DNA of 64,000 nucleotides from Candidatus Fervidifonticultor secundus (GTDB taxonomy: Bacteria > Sysuimicrobiota > Sysuimicrobiia > Sysuimicrobiales > Humicultoraceae), in the NCBI GenBank assembly GCA_031459385.1, contig JAVKIP010000001.1, forward strand, positions 341,786-405,785, read 5' to 3'. Below the pieces are notes generated by a model. That model was not told the DNA's origin and made no database searches. It saw nothing but the letters and a program-made list of their open reading frames with translations. Made by a program: the position numbers and the translations under genes. Shown piece by piece: positions 46,606 through 55,976 of the stretch (position 1 is the stretch's first letter; every line of letters begins with the position of its first letter).

Positions 46606-47892
46606 TCAGCGCAACAACCCCAGCGGTTCCTCGATCAGCTCGGCCAGCGCCTGGAGGAAGGCCGCGCCCCGCGCGCCGTCGACGACCCGGTGGTCGCACG
46701 AGAGCGCCAGCCACAGCATCGGCCGGACCGCCGCCCGGGCGCCGGCGGGCACCACGCGCGGCGCGATGCGCCCCACGGCCAGGATGGCCGCCTGGGGCGG
46801 GTTGATGATGGCGGTGAAGGCGTCGATGCCGTACATGCCCAGGTTGCTGATGGTGAAGGTGCCGCCGGCCAGGTCCTCGGGGCGCAGCCGGCCGGCGCGC
46901 GCCCGCTCCACCAGCGCGCCGCGCTGCCGCGCGATCTCGTCCAGCGGCAGGCCGTCGGCACCCCCGATGACCGGTACTACCAGGCCGTCGTCCGTGGCCA
47001 CCGCGATGCCCACATTGATCGCATCCCCGTCGACGATCGCGCCGTGCTGCCACCGCGCGTAGAGGCGCGGGTGCTCGCGCAGCGCCAGCGCCACCAGTTT
47101 CACCAGCAGGTCGGTGTAGGTCAGGTCCACACCGAGCCGTGCCGCCGCCCGCTCGCGCCAGGTGATGAGCCGGCCTGCGTGCGCCTCGCGCAGCAGGAAG
47201 AAGTGGGGCACGGTCGTCCAGCTCTGCGTGGTGCGCTCGGCCATCAGTCGCCACACCCCGGGGACTTCCCGGCCCGCGGCGGGCAGTGCCGCAGGCGCTG
47301 GCCCGCGCGCCTGCGGCGTGCCTGCCGCAGCGCCGGTCCCGGCGGCCGCGAGCACGTCGGCGGCGAGCACGACCCCACCAGGACCCGACCCGGTGCCGGC
47401 GATCTTCCGCAGATCCACGCCCCGCTCGGCGGCGAGGCGTCGCGCCTTGGGCGAGGCGGCCACCCGCCGGGATTCCGCGGGCGCGGTAGCGGATGCCTGT
47501 GCTGGCGCGGCAGGTAGTGGCGGGGACGTCGTGGGTGCGGGCGCGGCCCCGGCAGACCTGGCAGGTTCGGCTGCGGGGGTGGCGGCTGCGTGGGCAGAGG
47601 CGTCGGGCGTCGCTGCAGCCGGCACGGGAGGGCCCGCCCGCGCCGGCACCTCGCCCGGCACCAGAATGCGGGCGATGACCCGGCCGACCGGCACGTCGTC
47701 GCCCTCGGCGGCGGAGACGTCGACCAGCATGCCCGTCGCCGGCGCCTCCACCTCCACGGTGGCCTTGTCGGTCTCGATCTCCAGCAGCGGCTCACCCTGG
47801 CGGACGCTGTCGCCCTGGCGCTTGAGCCAGCGCAACACCTTGCCGGTCTCCTGGGCCATGCCCAGCGCTGGCATGATCACGTCGGTGGGCAC
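46606..47892 (-). CDS. Dihydrolipoamide acyltransferase (E2) with one lipoyl domain
   Basis: ETDKA lipoyl site, ASPKARRLA E3-binding domain, TFTISNLGM, SCDHRVVDG. Confidence 0.95.
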   Translation of the reverse strand: MPTDVIMPALGMAQETGKVLRWLKRQGDSVRQGEPLLEIETDKATVEVEAPATGMLVDVSAAEGDDVPVGRVIARILVPGEVPARAGPPVPAAATPDASAHAAATPAAEPARSAGAAPAPTTSPPLPAAPAQASATAPAESRRVAASPKARRLAAERGVDLRKIAGTGSGPGGVVLAADVLAAAGTGAAAGTPQARGPAPAALPAAGREVPGVWRLMAERTTQSWTTVPHFFLLREAHAGRLITWRERAAARLGVDLTYTDLLVKLVALALREHPRLYARWQHGAIVDGDAINVGIAVATDDGLVVPVIGGADGLPLDEIARQRGALVERARAGRLRPEDLAGGTFTISNLGMYGIDAFTAIINPPQAAILAVGRIAPRVVPAGARAAVRPMLWLALSCDHRVVDGARGAAFLQALAELIEEPLGLLR

Positions 47893-47901
47893 GCTCGCCT
47901 C

Positions 47902-49248
47902 CTACCGCGCCGGCGCCTGCCCGCCCTCGACGGCGGCGCCGGCGACCACTGCTGCCAGGGGGCTCTCGGTGCGGTTCTTGTGCGATTCGGTCTCGCGCGT
48001 GATCTCCAGCGGGCCCGTGGCCGCGTAGTAGCGGTGCCCGGCGACCATGAGCTTCTCGGCCGGGAAGCGTGTGATCACCTCGCAACCGTCCTTCGTCACC
48101 ACCAGCTGCTCCTCGATCCGTGCTGCCGACCACCCGTCGGCGGCGGGCCAGAACGTCTCTAGGGCGAACACCATATTCTCCTCGATGACCTCGGGGTAGT
48201 CGAAGGACACCAGCCGGCTGAAGATCGGCTTCTCCCAGATCGACAGGCCCACGCCGTGGCCGTACTGCAGGGCGAATGCCGCCTCCTCGCTGGCGAAGCC
48301 GAACTCCTGCGCCCTGGGCCAGACGCGCACCACCTCCGCGGTGGTGACACCGGGTCGGATCAGCGTGATGGCCGCATCCAGGTAGTCCCGGCAGCGCTTG
48401 TAGGCGTCGACCTGCGCCTGGCTGGCGCTACCGATGACGAACGTGCGGTAGTAACAGGTGCGGTAGCCCAGGAACGAATGCAGGATGTCGAAGTAGACCG
48501 GGTCGCCCGGTCGCAGCACCCGGTCTGTGTAGACGTGGGGATGGGGGCTGCAGCGCTCCCCCGAGATGGCGTTCACGCCTTCCACGTGCTCGGAACCCAT
48601 CTCGTACAGCACTTTGTTCACCAGCGCCACGCACTCGTTCTCGCGCATGCCAGGTTTCATCGCCTCGTAGAGCGCTTCGTAGGCGGCGTCGACCATCATG
48701 CAGGCGGTCGTGAGCAGCGTGATCTCGTCCTGGGTCTTGATCTTGCGGACGTCCTGCATCAGCGCCTGGCCGTCGACGACCACGAGCCCCTCGGCCCGCA
48801 GCGCCTCCAGCACCGGCAGCTCCACCACGTCCACGCCCAGCGGCTCGCGGTGCAGGTTGCGCGCCTCGAGTTCGGTCTTGATCTTACGGGCCACGTCCCG
48901 CGCCTGCGCCGGGTACGCCCCCCGCAGGGTGGAGATGCCGGCCCGCGACCGCTCGCCCAGCCAGGGGCAGTAGAGCTGGTGGTGGCGCGCCGCCGAGCCG
49001 AAGTCCCACAGGATCGGCTCGTCGTCCTGCGGCAGCAGCGCGAAGCGCACCAGCTTGTCCATGGCCCACGTGCCGATGTGGGTCGCGGTGATGTAGCGCA
49101 CGTTGTTCATGTCGAAGCACAGCAGCGCGCCCAGCTCGGAGGCCCGCAGGAGCCGCTTGACGCGCGCCAGCCGCTCGCGACGCAGCCGGTCCATGTCGAC
49201 ACGCTGCTCCCAGTCCACGTTCATGAGGCCGTACGTCTTGAGTGCCAT
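47902..49248 (-). CDS. M24 Xaa-Pro-peptidase-like protein (second Asp ligand replaced by Cys)
   Basis: VDWEQRVDMDRLR, IKTQDEI, YFDILHSFLGYRTCYYRT, YGHGVG, ALET, RIEE. Confidence 0.85.
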   Translation of the reverse strand: MALKTYGLMNVDWEQRVDMDRLRRERLARVKRLLRASELGALLCFDMNNVRYITATHIGTWAMDKLVRFALLPQDDEPILWDFGSAARHHQLYCPWLGERSRAGISTLRGAYPAQARDVARKIKTELEARNLHREPLGVDVVELPVLEALRAEGLVVVDGQALMQDVRKIKTQDEITLLTTACMMVDAAYEALYEAMKPGMRENECVALVNKVLYEMGSEHVEGVNAISGERCSPHPHVYTDRVLRPGDPVYFDILHSFLGYRTCYYRTFVIGSASQAQVDAYKRCRDYLDAAITLIRPGVTTAEVVRVWPRAQEFGFASEEAAFALQYGHGVGLSIWEKPIFSRLVSFDYPEVIEENMVFALETFWPAADGWSAARIEEQLVVTKDGCEVITRFPAEKLMVAGHRYYAATGPLEITRETESHKNRTESPLAAVVAGAAVEGGQAPAR

Positions 49249-49277
49249 GCTCCTCCCCTCCCGGATCCAGTGGTCCG

Positions 49278-50297
49278 TCAATGCGTCCCGCAGAGCTCCC
49301 GCGCCGCGGCGGCCACCTGTTCCGCCGTGGGCACGGTCAGGTCTTCCAGCGCCGGCGAGAACGGTACCGGGACGTGCATCGCTCCGAGGCGCCGCACCGG
49401 CGCGTCGAGATCGTAGAACGCGCCCTCGGCGATCACCGAGGCGATCTCGCCGGTGACGCCGTACCTCTCGTAACCTTCGTCCACGATCAGGGCCCGCCCG
49501 GTCTTCCGCGCCGACGCCACCAGCCGCTCGACGTCCAGCGGCACCGTGGTGCGCGGGTCGATCACTTCGGCCTCGATGCCCTCCTGCGCCAGCAGGTCGG
49601 CGGCCGCCAGGGCCACGTGGACCATGCTGCTGGTGGCCACGATGGTGACGTCGCGCCCGGCGCGCTTGACGTCGGCCACCCCCAGCGGGATGGTGTAGTC
49701 GCCTTCCGGCACCGGGCCCTTGAGCTGGTAGGTCATCTTGTCCTCGAAGACCACCACCGGGTTGTCGTCGCGGATGGCGGCCTTCAGCAGCCCCTTGGCG
49801 TCGTAGGGCGTGGACGGCAGGGCCACCTTCAGCCCCGGGATATGGCTGAGCCAGGCGTGCAGGCTCTGACTGTGCTGGGCGGCCGAGCGGCGCGTGGCGC
49901 CCAGCGTCGTCCGGATGACCATGGGCACTGTCAGTTTGCCCCCGGACATGTAATGGACCTTGGCGGCCTGGTTGACGATCTGGTCCATGGCCAGCGTGAT
50001 GAAGTCGCCGAACATGATGTCCACCACCGGCCGCATTCCGGTCATGGCGGCCCCGACGGCGATGCCCGTGAAGCCGGCCTCGGAGATGGGCGTGTCGATG
50101 ACCCGGTCGCGGCCGAACTCCTCGACCAGGCCGACCAGCACCTTGAACGGATGCCCGGCTTCGGCTACGTCCTCGCCCAGGATGAACACCCGCGGGTCGC
50201 GGCGCATCTCCTCGGCCAGGGCCTCGCGCACCGCCTGGGCGAAGGTGAGCTCGCGGACCCCGGGGGCCGGGGCCGGCCGGACCTGCGCGCTAGGCAT
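49278..50297 (-). CDS. TPP-dependent 2-oxoacid/acetoin dehydrogenase E1 beta
   Basis: GEDV, RVIDTPISEAG, AAQHSQS, DAKGLL. Confidence 0.95.
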   Translation of the reverse strand: MPSAQVRPAPAPGVRELTFAQAVREALAEEMRRDPRVFILGEDVAEAGHPFKVLVGLVEEFGRDRVIDTPISEAGFTGIAVGAAMTGMRPVVDIMFGDFITLAMDQIVNQAAKVHYMSGGKLTVPMVIRTTLGATRRSAAQHSQSLHAWLSHIPGLKVALPSTPYDAKGLLKAAIRDDNPVVVFEDKMTYQLKGPVPEGDYTIPLGVADVKRAGRDVTIVATSSMVHVALAAADLLAQEGIEAEVIDPRTTVPLDVERLVASARKTGRALIVDEGYERYGVTGEIASVIAEGAFYDLDAPVRRLGAMHVPVPFSPALEDLTVPTAEQVAAAARELCGTH

Positions 50298-51291
50298 AGA
50301 CATGCTGGGTCACCTCACTGGGGTCCGGGTAGGGGGCCTCCAGGGCGAACGCCAGGCCGCGCGCTATCTCGTCGCGCACCTCGGCGTCGATCTGCTCCAG
50401 CAGGGCGGCGTCGGCGATCGCCTGGCCGGTCATCCAGCGGGCGAGGAGCACCAGCGGGTCGCGTTCCCTCATCCACCACTCCTCCTCCTCGCGGGTCCGG
50501 TACGCGCGGTTGACGTCGCCTACGTGATGCCCCCGGTACCGGTAGGTGTGGCAGAGGAGGAACGACGGGCCGTCGCCGCCTCGCGCACGGGCCACCGCCG
50601 CGCGCGTCGCGCGCAGCACGGCCCGCACGTCCTGGCCGTCGACCTCGGTGCAGGGAATCCCGAACGCCTCGGGCCGGGCCGGCATGGTGCCCGAGGTGGT
50701 CTCGGTCACCGGGGTGTACTCGTTGTAGAGGTTGTTCTCGCACACGTAGATGACGGGCAGCCGCCACAGCGCCGCCATGTTCATGGCCTCGTAGAGGATC
50801 CCCTGGCCCAGCGCCCCCTCGCCAAAGAAGCACACCGCCACCTGGTCGGTCCCGCGCATCCGCGCCGACAGCGCCGCACCGGCGGCGATGCCGGCCGACC
50901 CGCCCACGATGGCATTGGCGCCCAGGTTGCCCACGTCGGGGTCGGCGATGTGCATCGACCCACCCTTGCCCCGGCAGTAGCCGGGGGCCTTGCCCAGCAA
51001 CTCGGCGAACATCCGGTCCACGGTGGCGCCTTTGGCCAGGCAGTGGCCGTGCCCCCGGTGCGTGCTGGTGATGTAGTCGTCGCGCCGCAGCGCGGCGCAC
51101 ACGCCCACCGCCACCGCCTCCTCGCCGATGTACAGGTGCGCGAGCCCGGGCATCCGGGCGCTGGTGTACAGCTCGTTGACGTGTTCCTCGAAGCGCCGAA
51201 TGGTGAGCATCTGGCGGTAGAGCATCCGCCACTGCTCGGGCCGGACGTCCGCCAGGTCGTCGGCAGGCGAGATCTCTGTTGCCCTCGTCAT
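50290..51291 (-). CDS. TPP-dependent 2-oxoacid/acetoin dehydrogenase E1 alpha (AcoA-like)
   Basis: HLYIGEEA, STHRGHGH, GKGGSMH, TPP motif GEGA..ENN, TYRYRGH. Confidence 0.95.
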   Translation of the reverse strand: MTRATEISPADDLADVRPEQWRMLYRQMLTIRRFEEHVNELYTSARMPGLAHLYIGEEAVAVGVCAALRRDDYITSTHRGHGHCLAKGATVDRMFAELLGKAPGYCRGKGGSMHIADPDVGNLGANAIVGGSAGIAAGAALSARMRGTDQVAVCFFGEGALGQGILYEAMNMAALWRLPVIYVCENNLYNEYTPVTETTSGTMPARPEAFGIPCTEVDGQDVRAVLRATRAAVARARGGDGPSFLLCHTYRYRGHHVGDVNRAYRTREEEEWWMRERDPLVLLARWMTGQAIADAALLEQIDAEVRDEIARGLAFALEAPYPDPSEVTQHVYA

Positions 51292-52175
51292 CAGGCTCCT
51301 CCTGCGCCAGCCATCTCTGCCAGCACCTTGAACACCGCCGCGAAATCCTCATGGCCGAAGCCCATGGCCCGCGCCGCGCTCAGGACCTCGTTGGTGACCG
51401 CCGTGGTGGGCAGGGGCACCCCGGCCTGGCGCCCCAGCTCCAGCGCCAGCAGCAGGTCCTTCTGCATCATGCGGCAATCGAACCACGCCTCCTCGGGCAT
51501 CGCCAGCACCAGCGGCCCGCGGTAGACCAGCATGGGGGACGCGGCCACGCTCGCCAGCAGCACCTCCACGGCTGTGGCGCGCGGAATTCCGCTCTTCTCG
51601 GCCAGCAGCACGCTCTCCGAGAACGCCAGCATCTGCACCGCCAGGCTCAGGTTGGTGGCGATCTTCATGGTGACGGCCAGACCGTTGGTCCCCACGTGGT
51701 GCACCGTCGGCCCGATCGCCTGCAAGACGGGCCGCACGCGCTCGAACACCTCGCGGTCGCCGCCCACCATGATGGACAGCCGACCTTCCTCCAGGGTGGT
51801 GACGCTCCCCGAGACGGGCGCGTCCAGCATCCGTGCGCCGCGTTCGGCGACCTGGGCCGCCAGCGCCCGGCTCTCGGCGGGACTCACCGTGCTCATGTCC
51901 ACGTAGACCTTACCGGCCCCCAGCCCGGCCAGGATGCCGTCGGGTCCGCGGGTGACCGCCCGGAGGGCGTCGGTGTCGGCCACCATGGTGAAGATCACGT
52001 CGACGGCTTCCGCCACCGCCCGGGGCGACTCGGCCCATCGCATCCCGCGATCGAGCAGCCACTGCGCTTTGGCCCTGGTCCGGTTGTAGCCGGTGACCGG
52101 ATACCCGGCGTCCAGCAGCCGCCTGACCATGCGGCCACCCATCACCCCCAGCCCGACGAACCCGAGCTGGGTCAT
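51291..52175 (-). CDS. NAD(P)-dependent beta-hydroxyacid dehydrogenase (3-hydroxyisobutyrate/tartronate semialdehyde family)
   Basis: GFVGLGVMG, DMSTVSP, LDAPVSG, MKIATN, KDL. Confidence 0.92.
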   Translation of the reverse strand: MTQLGFVGLGVMGGRMVRRLLDAGYPVTGYNRTRAKAQWLLDRGMRWAESPRAVAEAVDVIFTMVADTDALRAVTRGPDGILAGLGAGKVYVDMSTVSPAESRALAAQVAERGARMLDAPVSGSVTTLEEGRLSIMVGGDREVFERVRPVLQAIGPTVHHVGTNGLAVTMKIATNLSLAVQMLAFSESVLLAEKSGIPRATAVEVLLASVAASPMLVYRGPLVLAMPEEAWFDCRMMQKDLLLALELGRQAGVPLPTTAVTNEVLSAARAMGFGHEDFAAVFKVLAEMAGAGGA

Positions 52176-52900
52176 GGCCGAGCCTGGCGGCCGGCCAGCA
52201 CGTCGTGGATGTCCCGCTCCACACGCAGCAGGTGCTCCAGCATCCGCCGGCGGGCCGCCTCGACGTCGCCGGCGGCGATCGCCTCCAGGATCTGCCGGTG
52301 CTGCAGGATCGACCGCTGCGGGCTGCCGGGGATATGGTAGACCTGCGCCAGCGCCCGCTGCAGCAGGTCGCGGACCGCGTGCATCACCCGGAGCGCGATG
52401 CGGTTGCGGGTGGCGGCCGCCACCGCCAGGTGGAACTGCAGGTCAGCGGTGATGTACGCGTCCTTGTCAGCAAGGCCCGCCTCCATGCTGGCGATGGCCC
52501 CGGCCATCTGGGCCAGGTCCTGGTCGGTGCGGCGCAAGGCCGCCAGCCCCGCGGCCTCCACCTCCAGGATCTTGCGCACCTCGTAGATCTCCAGCAGGTT
52601 GGCCTCGTCCAGTTCCAGCAAGAAGTGAAGCGAGTGGCTGAGGGGGTTGCTGTACTCGGCCACCTGGAACGTTCCGTTGGCCGACGGACGGATCAGGCCG
52701 CGCGACTCCAGCATGCGCAGGGCCTCGCGGACCGAAGAGCGACCGACCCGGTAGGTCTGCATCAGCTCCCGCTCGGTGGGCAGCGGGTCGCCGGGTTTCA
52801 GGCCGCGCTCGCTGATCAGCTCGCCCAGGCGGGCCGCGACCAGTTCGTAGATCTTGCGGCGCTCGATGGGCGCAGTGCGGCTGCTGGCGTGTGTTAGCAT
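52172..52900 (-). CDS. FadR/GntR transcriptional regulator (FCD domain)
   Basis: GDPLPTEREL..VGRSSVREAL, ADLQFH..A..N, QHRQILEAI. Confidence 0.95.
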   Translation of the reverse strand: MLTHASSRTAPIERRKIYELVAARLGELISERGLKPGDPLPTERELMQTYRVGRSSVREALRMLESRGLIRPSANGTFQVAEYSNPLSHSLHFLLELDEANLLEIYEVRKILEVEAAGLAALRRTDQDLAQMAGAIASMEAGLADKDAYITADLQFHLAVAAATRNRIALRVMHAVRDLLQRALAQVYHIPGSPQRSILQHRQILEAIAAGDVEAARRRMLEHLLRVERDIHDVLAGRQARP

Positions 52901-52911
52901 CCTTCTCCACC

Positions 52912-52951
52912 GTCTGACGAACTGATCATCTGACAGCACCGCCTGTTAGAT
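52912..52951. promoter_or_regulatory. Candidate FadR operator array upstream of the regulator
   Basis: gtctgac(52912), aactgat(52920), atctgac(52928), gttagat(52945): GT-N3-AC-type boxes. Confidence 0.6.
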
Positions 52952-52999
52952 TTGGGTGGCTGCAGGGAGCGGTCCTGCCGGCGCCGCCCCTGAGGCCGG

Positions 53000-53932
53000 T
53001 CAGGCCTCCAGCAGCTGCGCCGGGGTGCGTCGCCCCATCAGGTCCAGCTCCCGATCTGTGATGCCGAACGTCCGCAGCCCCCGCACGAACGCCAGGAAAC
53101 CTTCCGCCGGCGTCACACACGGCGACGCGCCCAGGTCGCTGGCAAGAATGCAGCGCTCGGCTCCCACCGCCTTGATTGCCATGGCCATCTGCTCGACAGA
53201 GGCGCCGCGCCAGGTGCGGAAACGTTCCACCGGGGAATCCGGCCCGAGGAACACCCCGATGTACGCGTGCTCGATGTACGCGCCAAGGCGCGCTACTTGG
53301 CGCTGCTCCTCGATGGTCATGTTGATCGGGTCATAGTCGGCGTGAGTGCAGACGATCCGCTCCACGCCCGCGGCCCGGGCTTCCCGGATGACGGCCAGGG
53401 CTTCCGACGGCGAGAGGTGCCCGGTCTGCAGGACCAGGCCGTACTCAGCGCACATCGCCAGGATCTCCCCCATGGCGGGCACGAGGCGCGTGCCGTTGAA
53501 CACCTCGACGCCCGGCTGCGGGATGCCGAACCGCTCGTGGTGGTTGCGGGCGTTGATGCTGGGCAGCCATACCACCCGCCCCAGCCCCGCTGCCCCGGCG
53601 CCCCGGAACGCGACCATCGCTTCCACCGCGGCAGCGTTGATCCCGCCCATCGGCCAGTTGAGGACGACGCCGCCGAACACGTCGATGCCTCCGCCGACCT
53701 CGGTCCGGGCCTGCGCTGCCCGGGTCACGGTCTCGAAGGCCCCGCCTTTGAGCACGATGGCACGCATACCCAGGGCACGTGCCGCCCGCGTGGCTTCTAC
53801 GGCGTCCACGGTGCGGTCAAAGTTGTCCGGAGCGGTGTGCACGTGAAAGTCGATCATCCCCTCCGTCTCGTCGCGCACCCGCGCCAGGGTATCAGACCGC
53901 TCCTCCGCGCCGGGCGCCTCCGAGGCCGTCAT
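53000..53932 (-). CDS. DUF6282-like metal-dependent amidohydrolase-fold protein
   Basis: DFHVHTAPD, GMRAIVLK, GGINAAAV, TGHL, THA, SDLG. Confidence 0.75.
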   Translation of the reverse strand: MTASEAPGAEERSDTLARVRDETEGMIDFHVHTAPDNFDRTVDAVEATRAARALGMRAIVLKGGAFETVTRAAQARTEVGGGIDVFGGVVLNWPMGGINAAAVEAMVAFRGAGAAGLGRVVWLPSINARNHHERFGIPQPGVEVFNGTRLVPAMGEILAMCAEYGLVLQTGHLSPSEALAVIREARAAGVERIVCTHADYDPINMTIEEQRQVARLGAYIEHAYIGVFLGPDSPVERFRTWRGASVEQMAMAIKAVGAERCILASDLGASPCVTPAEGFLAFVRGLRTFGITDRELDLMGRRTPAQLLEA

Positions 53933-54078
53933 GACAGCCCGGCTCCAGGCTGGCGGCATCGGGAGGCACGTTGCGCCACCCCAGCACATGCTTCTCACCC
54001 CCGCCCTGCGACGAGCCCGCGTGCAGCCCGCGCTCCCCGCGCGCTGCCATCTTGCCCCGCGGGCACAGCCGCCGGTGC

Positions 54079-54534
54079 TCAGTGCCCGATCCGGTCCAGA
54101 ACGTCCGGTGGCGCCGCGGCCAGCACCTCGATCTCGACCCGTGCCTCCGGCACCACCAGCGCCGAGATCTGCACGGTGGTGCTGGCCACCTGATGGTCTC
54201 CCAGGAACTCCCGCTGGGTCGCGTTGAGCTCGTCCTGCTCGTGGATATCCGTGAGGTACCGTGTGACCTTCACCACGTGTCGCCACGTCAGCCCCAGCGC
54301 GTCGAGGGACAGCCGGATGTTCTCGAACGCCCGCCTGGCCTGCTCCCGCATGGAGGACGGCAGCGCGTGTTCTTCCGGCACGTGAGGATGCTGGTGGTAG
54401 ACCGACGATGCGTGACAGCCCGAGATCAGGACCAACGCGGCTCCCGGCGGCACCACCACCGCCGGCGCGTAGGGCATGGTCACCTTCCCCCGGAGCGGGT
54501 GTGGCGGGAACACCGGGATGGCGGGCGGGCTCAT
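54079..54534 (-). CDS. RidA/YjgF family protein
   Basis: ISG, QARRAFENI, VVKVTRYL, STTVQISAL, VEIE. Confidence 0.9.
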   Translation of the reverse strand: MSPPAIPVFPPHPLRGKVTMPYAPAVVVPPGAALVLISGCHASSVYHQHPHVPEEHALPSSMREQARRAFENIRLSLDALGLTWRHVVKVTRYLTDIHEQDELNATQREFLGDHQVASTTVQISALVVPEARVEIEVLAAAPPDVLDRIGH

Positions 54535-54535
54535 C

Positions 54536-55252
54536 CTAGCTCACCCCCAGGTAGGCTTCTTGCACCTGCCGGGTGCGCATGAGCTCCTCCCTGGTGCCCT
54601 GGAGGACGACGCGTCCTCGCTCCATCACCGCGGCCCGGTCTGCCACGGCCAGCGCCCGCACCGCGTTTTGCTCGACGAGCAGCACCGACACGCCGAGACG
54701 CCGGATCTCGCCGACGAACCCGAACACCACATCGGCCATCACCGGCGCCAGCCCCAGGGACGGCTCGTCCATCAGCAGCAGCCTCGGGTTGCTCATCAGC
54801 GCTCTGCCGATGGCGAGCATCTGCTGCTCGCCGCCGCTGAGGCTCCCAGCCCGCTGCCCCAGGCGCTCCCGCAGCCGCGGAAACAGCCCCAGCACGTGCT
54901 CCATCGTTTCGCGCGCGCGCCCGCGGGCCCGCGCAGTGAACGCACCCAGTTCCAGGTTTTCCTGGACTGTCAAGTCGCCGAAGACCCGGCGACCTTCCGG
55001 GACGATGGCAATGCCGCGCTCACACACCCGATCCGGAGGCAACCCCGTGATGGGCGCGTCGAGAAACTCCACGGTTCCCCGCCAGGGCTTCACCCAGCCC
55101 GCAATGCTCTTGACCAGCGTGCTCTTCCCCACGCCGTTCGGCCCCAGCACCGCCACCACTTCGCCGTCGCCGACCGTCAGGTCGATCCCTTCCAGGGCCC
55201 GCGCTTCGCCGTACCGCACCTCCAGGTCGCGTACCCTAAGCATGTCCCGCAT
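54536..55252 (-). CDS. livF: Branched-chain amino acid-type ABC ATPase
   Basis: GPNGVGKS, VPEGRRVF, LSGGEQQMLAIGRAL, DEPSLGLAP. Confidence 0.93.
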   Translation of the reverse strand: MRDMLRVRDLEVRYGEARALEGIDLTVGDGEVVAVLGPNGVGKSTLVKSIAGWVKPWRGTVEFLDAPITGLPPDRVCERGIAIVPEGRRVFGDLTVQENLELGAFTARARGRARETMEHVLGLFPRLRERLGQRAGSLSGGEQQMLAIGRALMSNPRLLLMDEPSLGLAPVMADVVFGFVGEIRRLGVSVLLVEQNAVRALAVADRAAVMERGRVVLQGTREELMRTRQVQEAYLGVS

Positions 55253-55976
55253 GGTCCCCGAGGTACGCGGTCCGCACGCTCTCCTCGCGCAGCACCTGCT
55301 CGGGGATCCCCTCCGCCAGGACCGTACCCTCGTGCAGGACCACGATCCGGTCCGCGAGCGCGCTCACGGCCTTCACGTTGTGCTCCACCACCAGCAGCGC
55401 GACGCCCATGGCCTGGATCCTGCGCACCGCATCCATGACGCGCTCTGTCTCTTCGACCGTCAGGCCTGCCAGCACCTCATCGGCCAGAATGATGCGGGGA
55501 TGGCTCGCAAGGGCCCGTGCCAGTTCCAGCAACCGCCGTTCCTGCAGCGTCAGACGATGCACGTCCTTCGGGCCGGCGTGGCCCAGACCCAGCAGGTGCA
55601 GCCACTGCCGCGCCGACTCCTGGGCCCCCTCGGGGGCCACCTGCGCCTCGGGGCCGAACAGGGCTCCCACCGCCACGTTGTCCCCCGCGGTCATGGACCC
55701 GAAGGGCCGCGGGTGCTGGTACGTCCGGGCGAGGCCCATCTTGGCCCGGCGGTGCGGCGCGAGGTCGGTGACATCCACGCCCCTGAAGCGGAGCCTGCCG
55801 GCGTCTGCCCGATAGTAGCCGGCGGCCACGTTGATCAGCGTCGACTTCCCCGACCCGTTCGGGCCGATCAAGCCGACGATCTCTCCCTCGCGGACCTCGA
55901 GCGACACGCCCTTCAGGGCCCGGACGCCCCCGAAACTCTTCTGCACGTGCTGGATCTGCAGCAGCGCCTCAGCCAC
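55236..55976 (-). CDS. livG: Branched-chain amino acid-type ABC ATPase
   Basis: FGGVRAL, GPNGSGKST, RTYQ, LELARAL, AYLG. Confidence 0.92.
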   Translation of the reverse strand: MAEALLQIQHVQKSFGGVRALKGVSLEVREGEIVGLIGPNGSGKSTLINVAAGYYRADAGRLRFRGVDVTDLAPHRRAKMGLARTYQHPRPFGSMTAGDNVAVGALFGPEAQVAPEGAQESARQWLHLLGLGHAGPKDVHRLTLQERRLLELARALASHPRIILADEVLAGLTVEETERVMDAVRRIQAMGVALLVVEHNVKAVSALADRIVVLHEGTVLAEGIPEQVLREESVRTAYLGDHAGHA

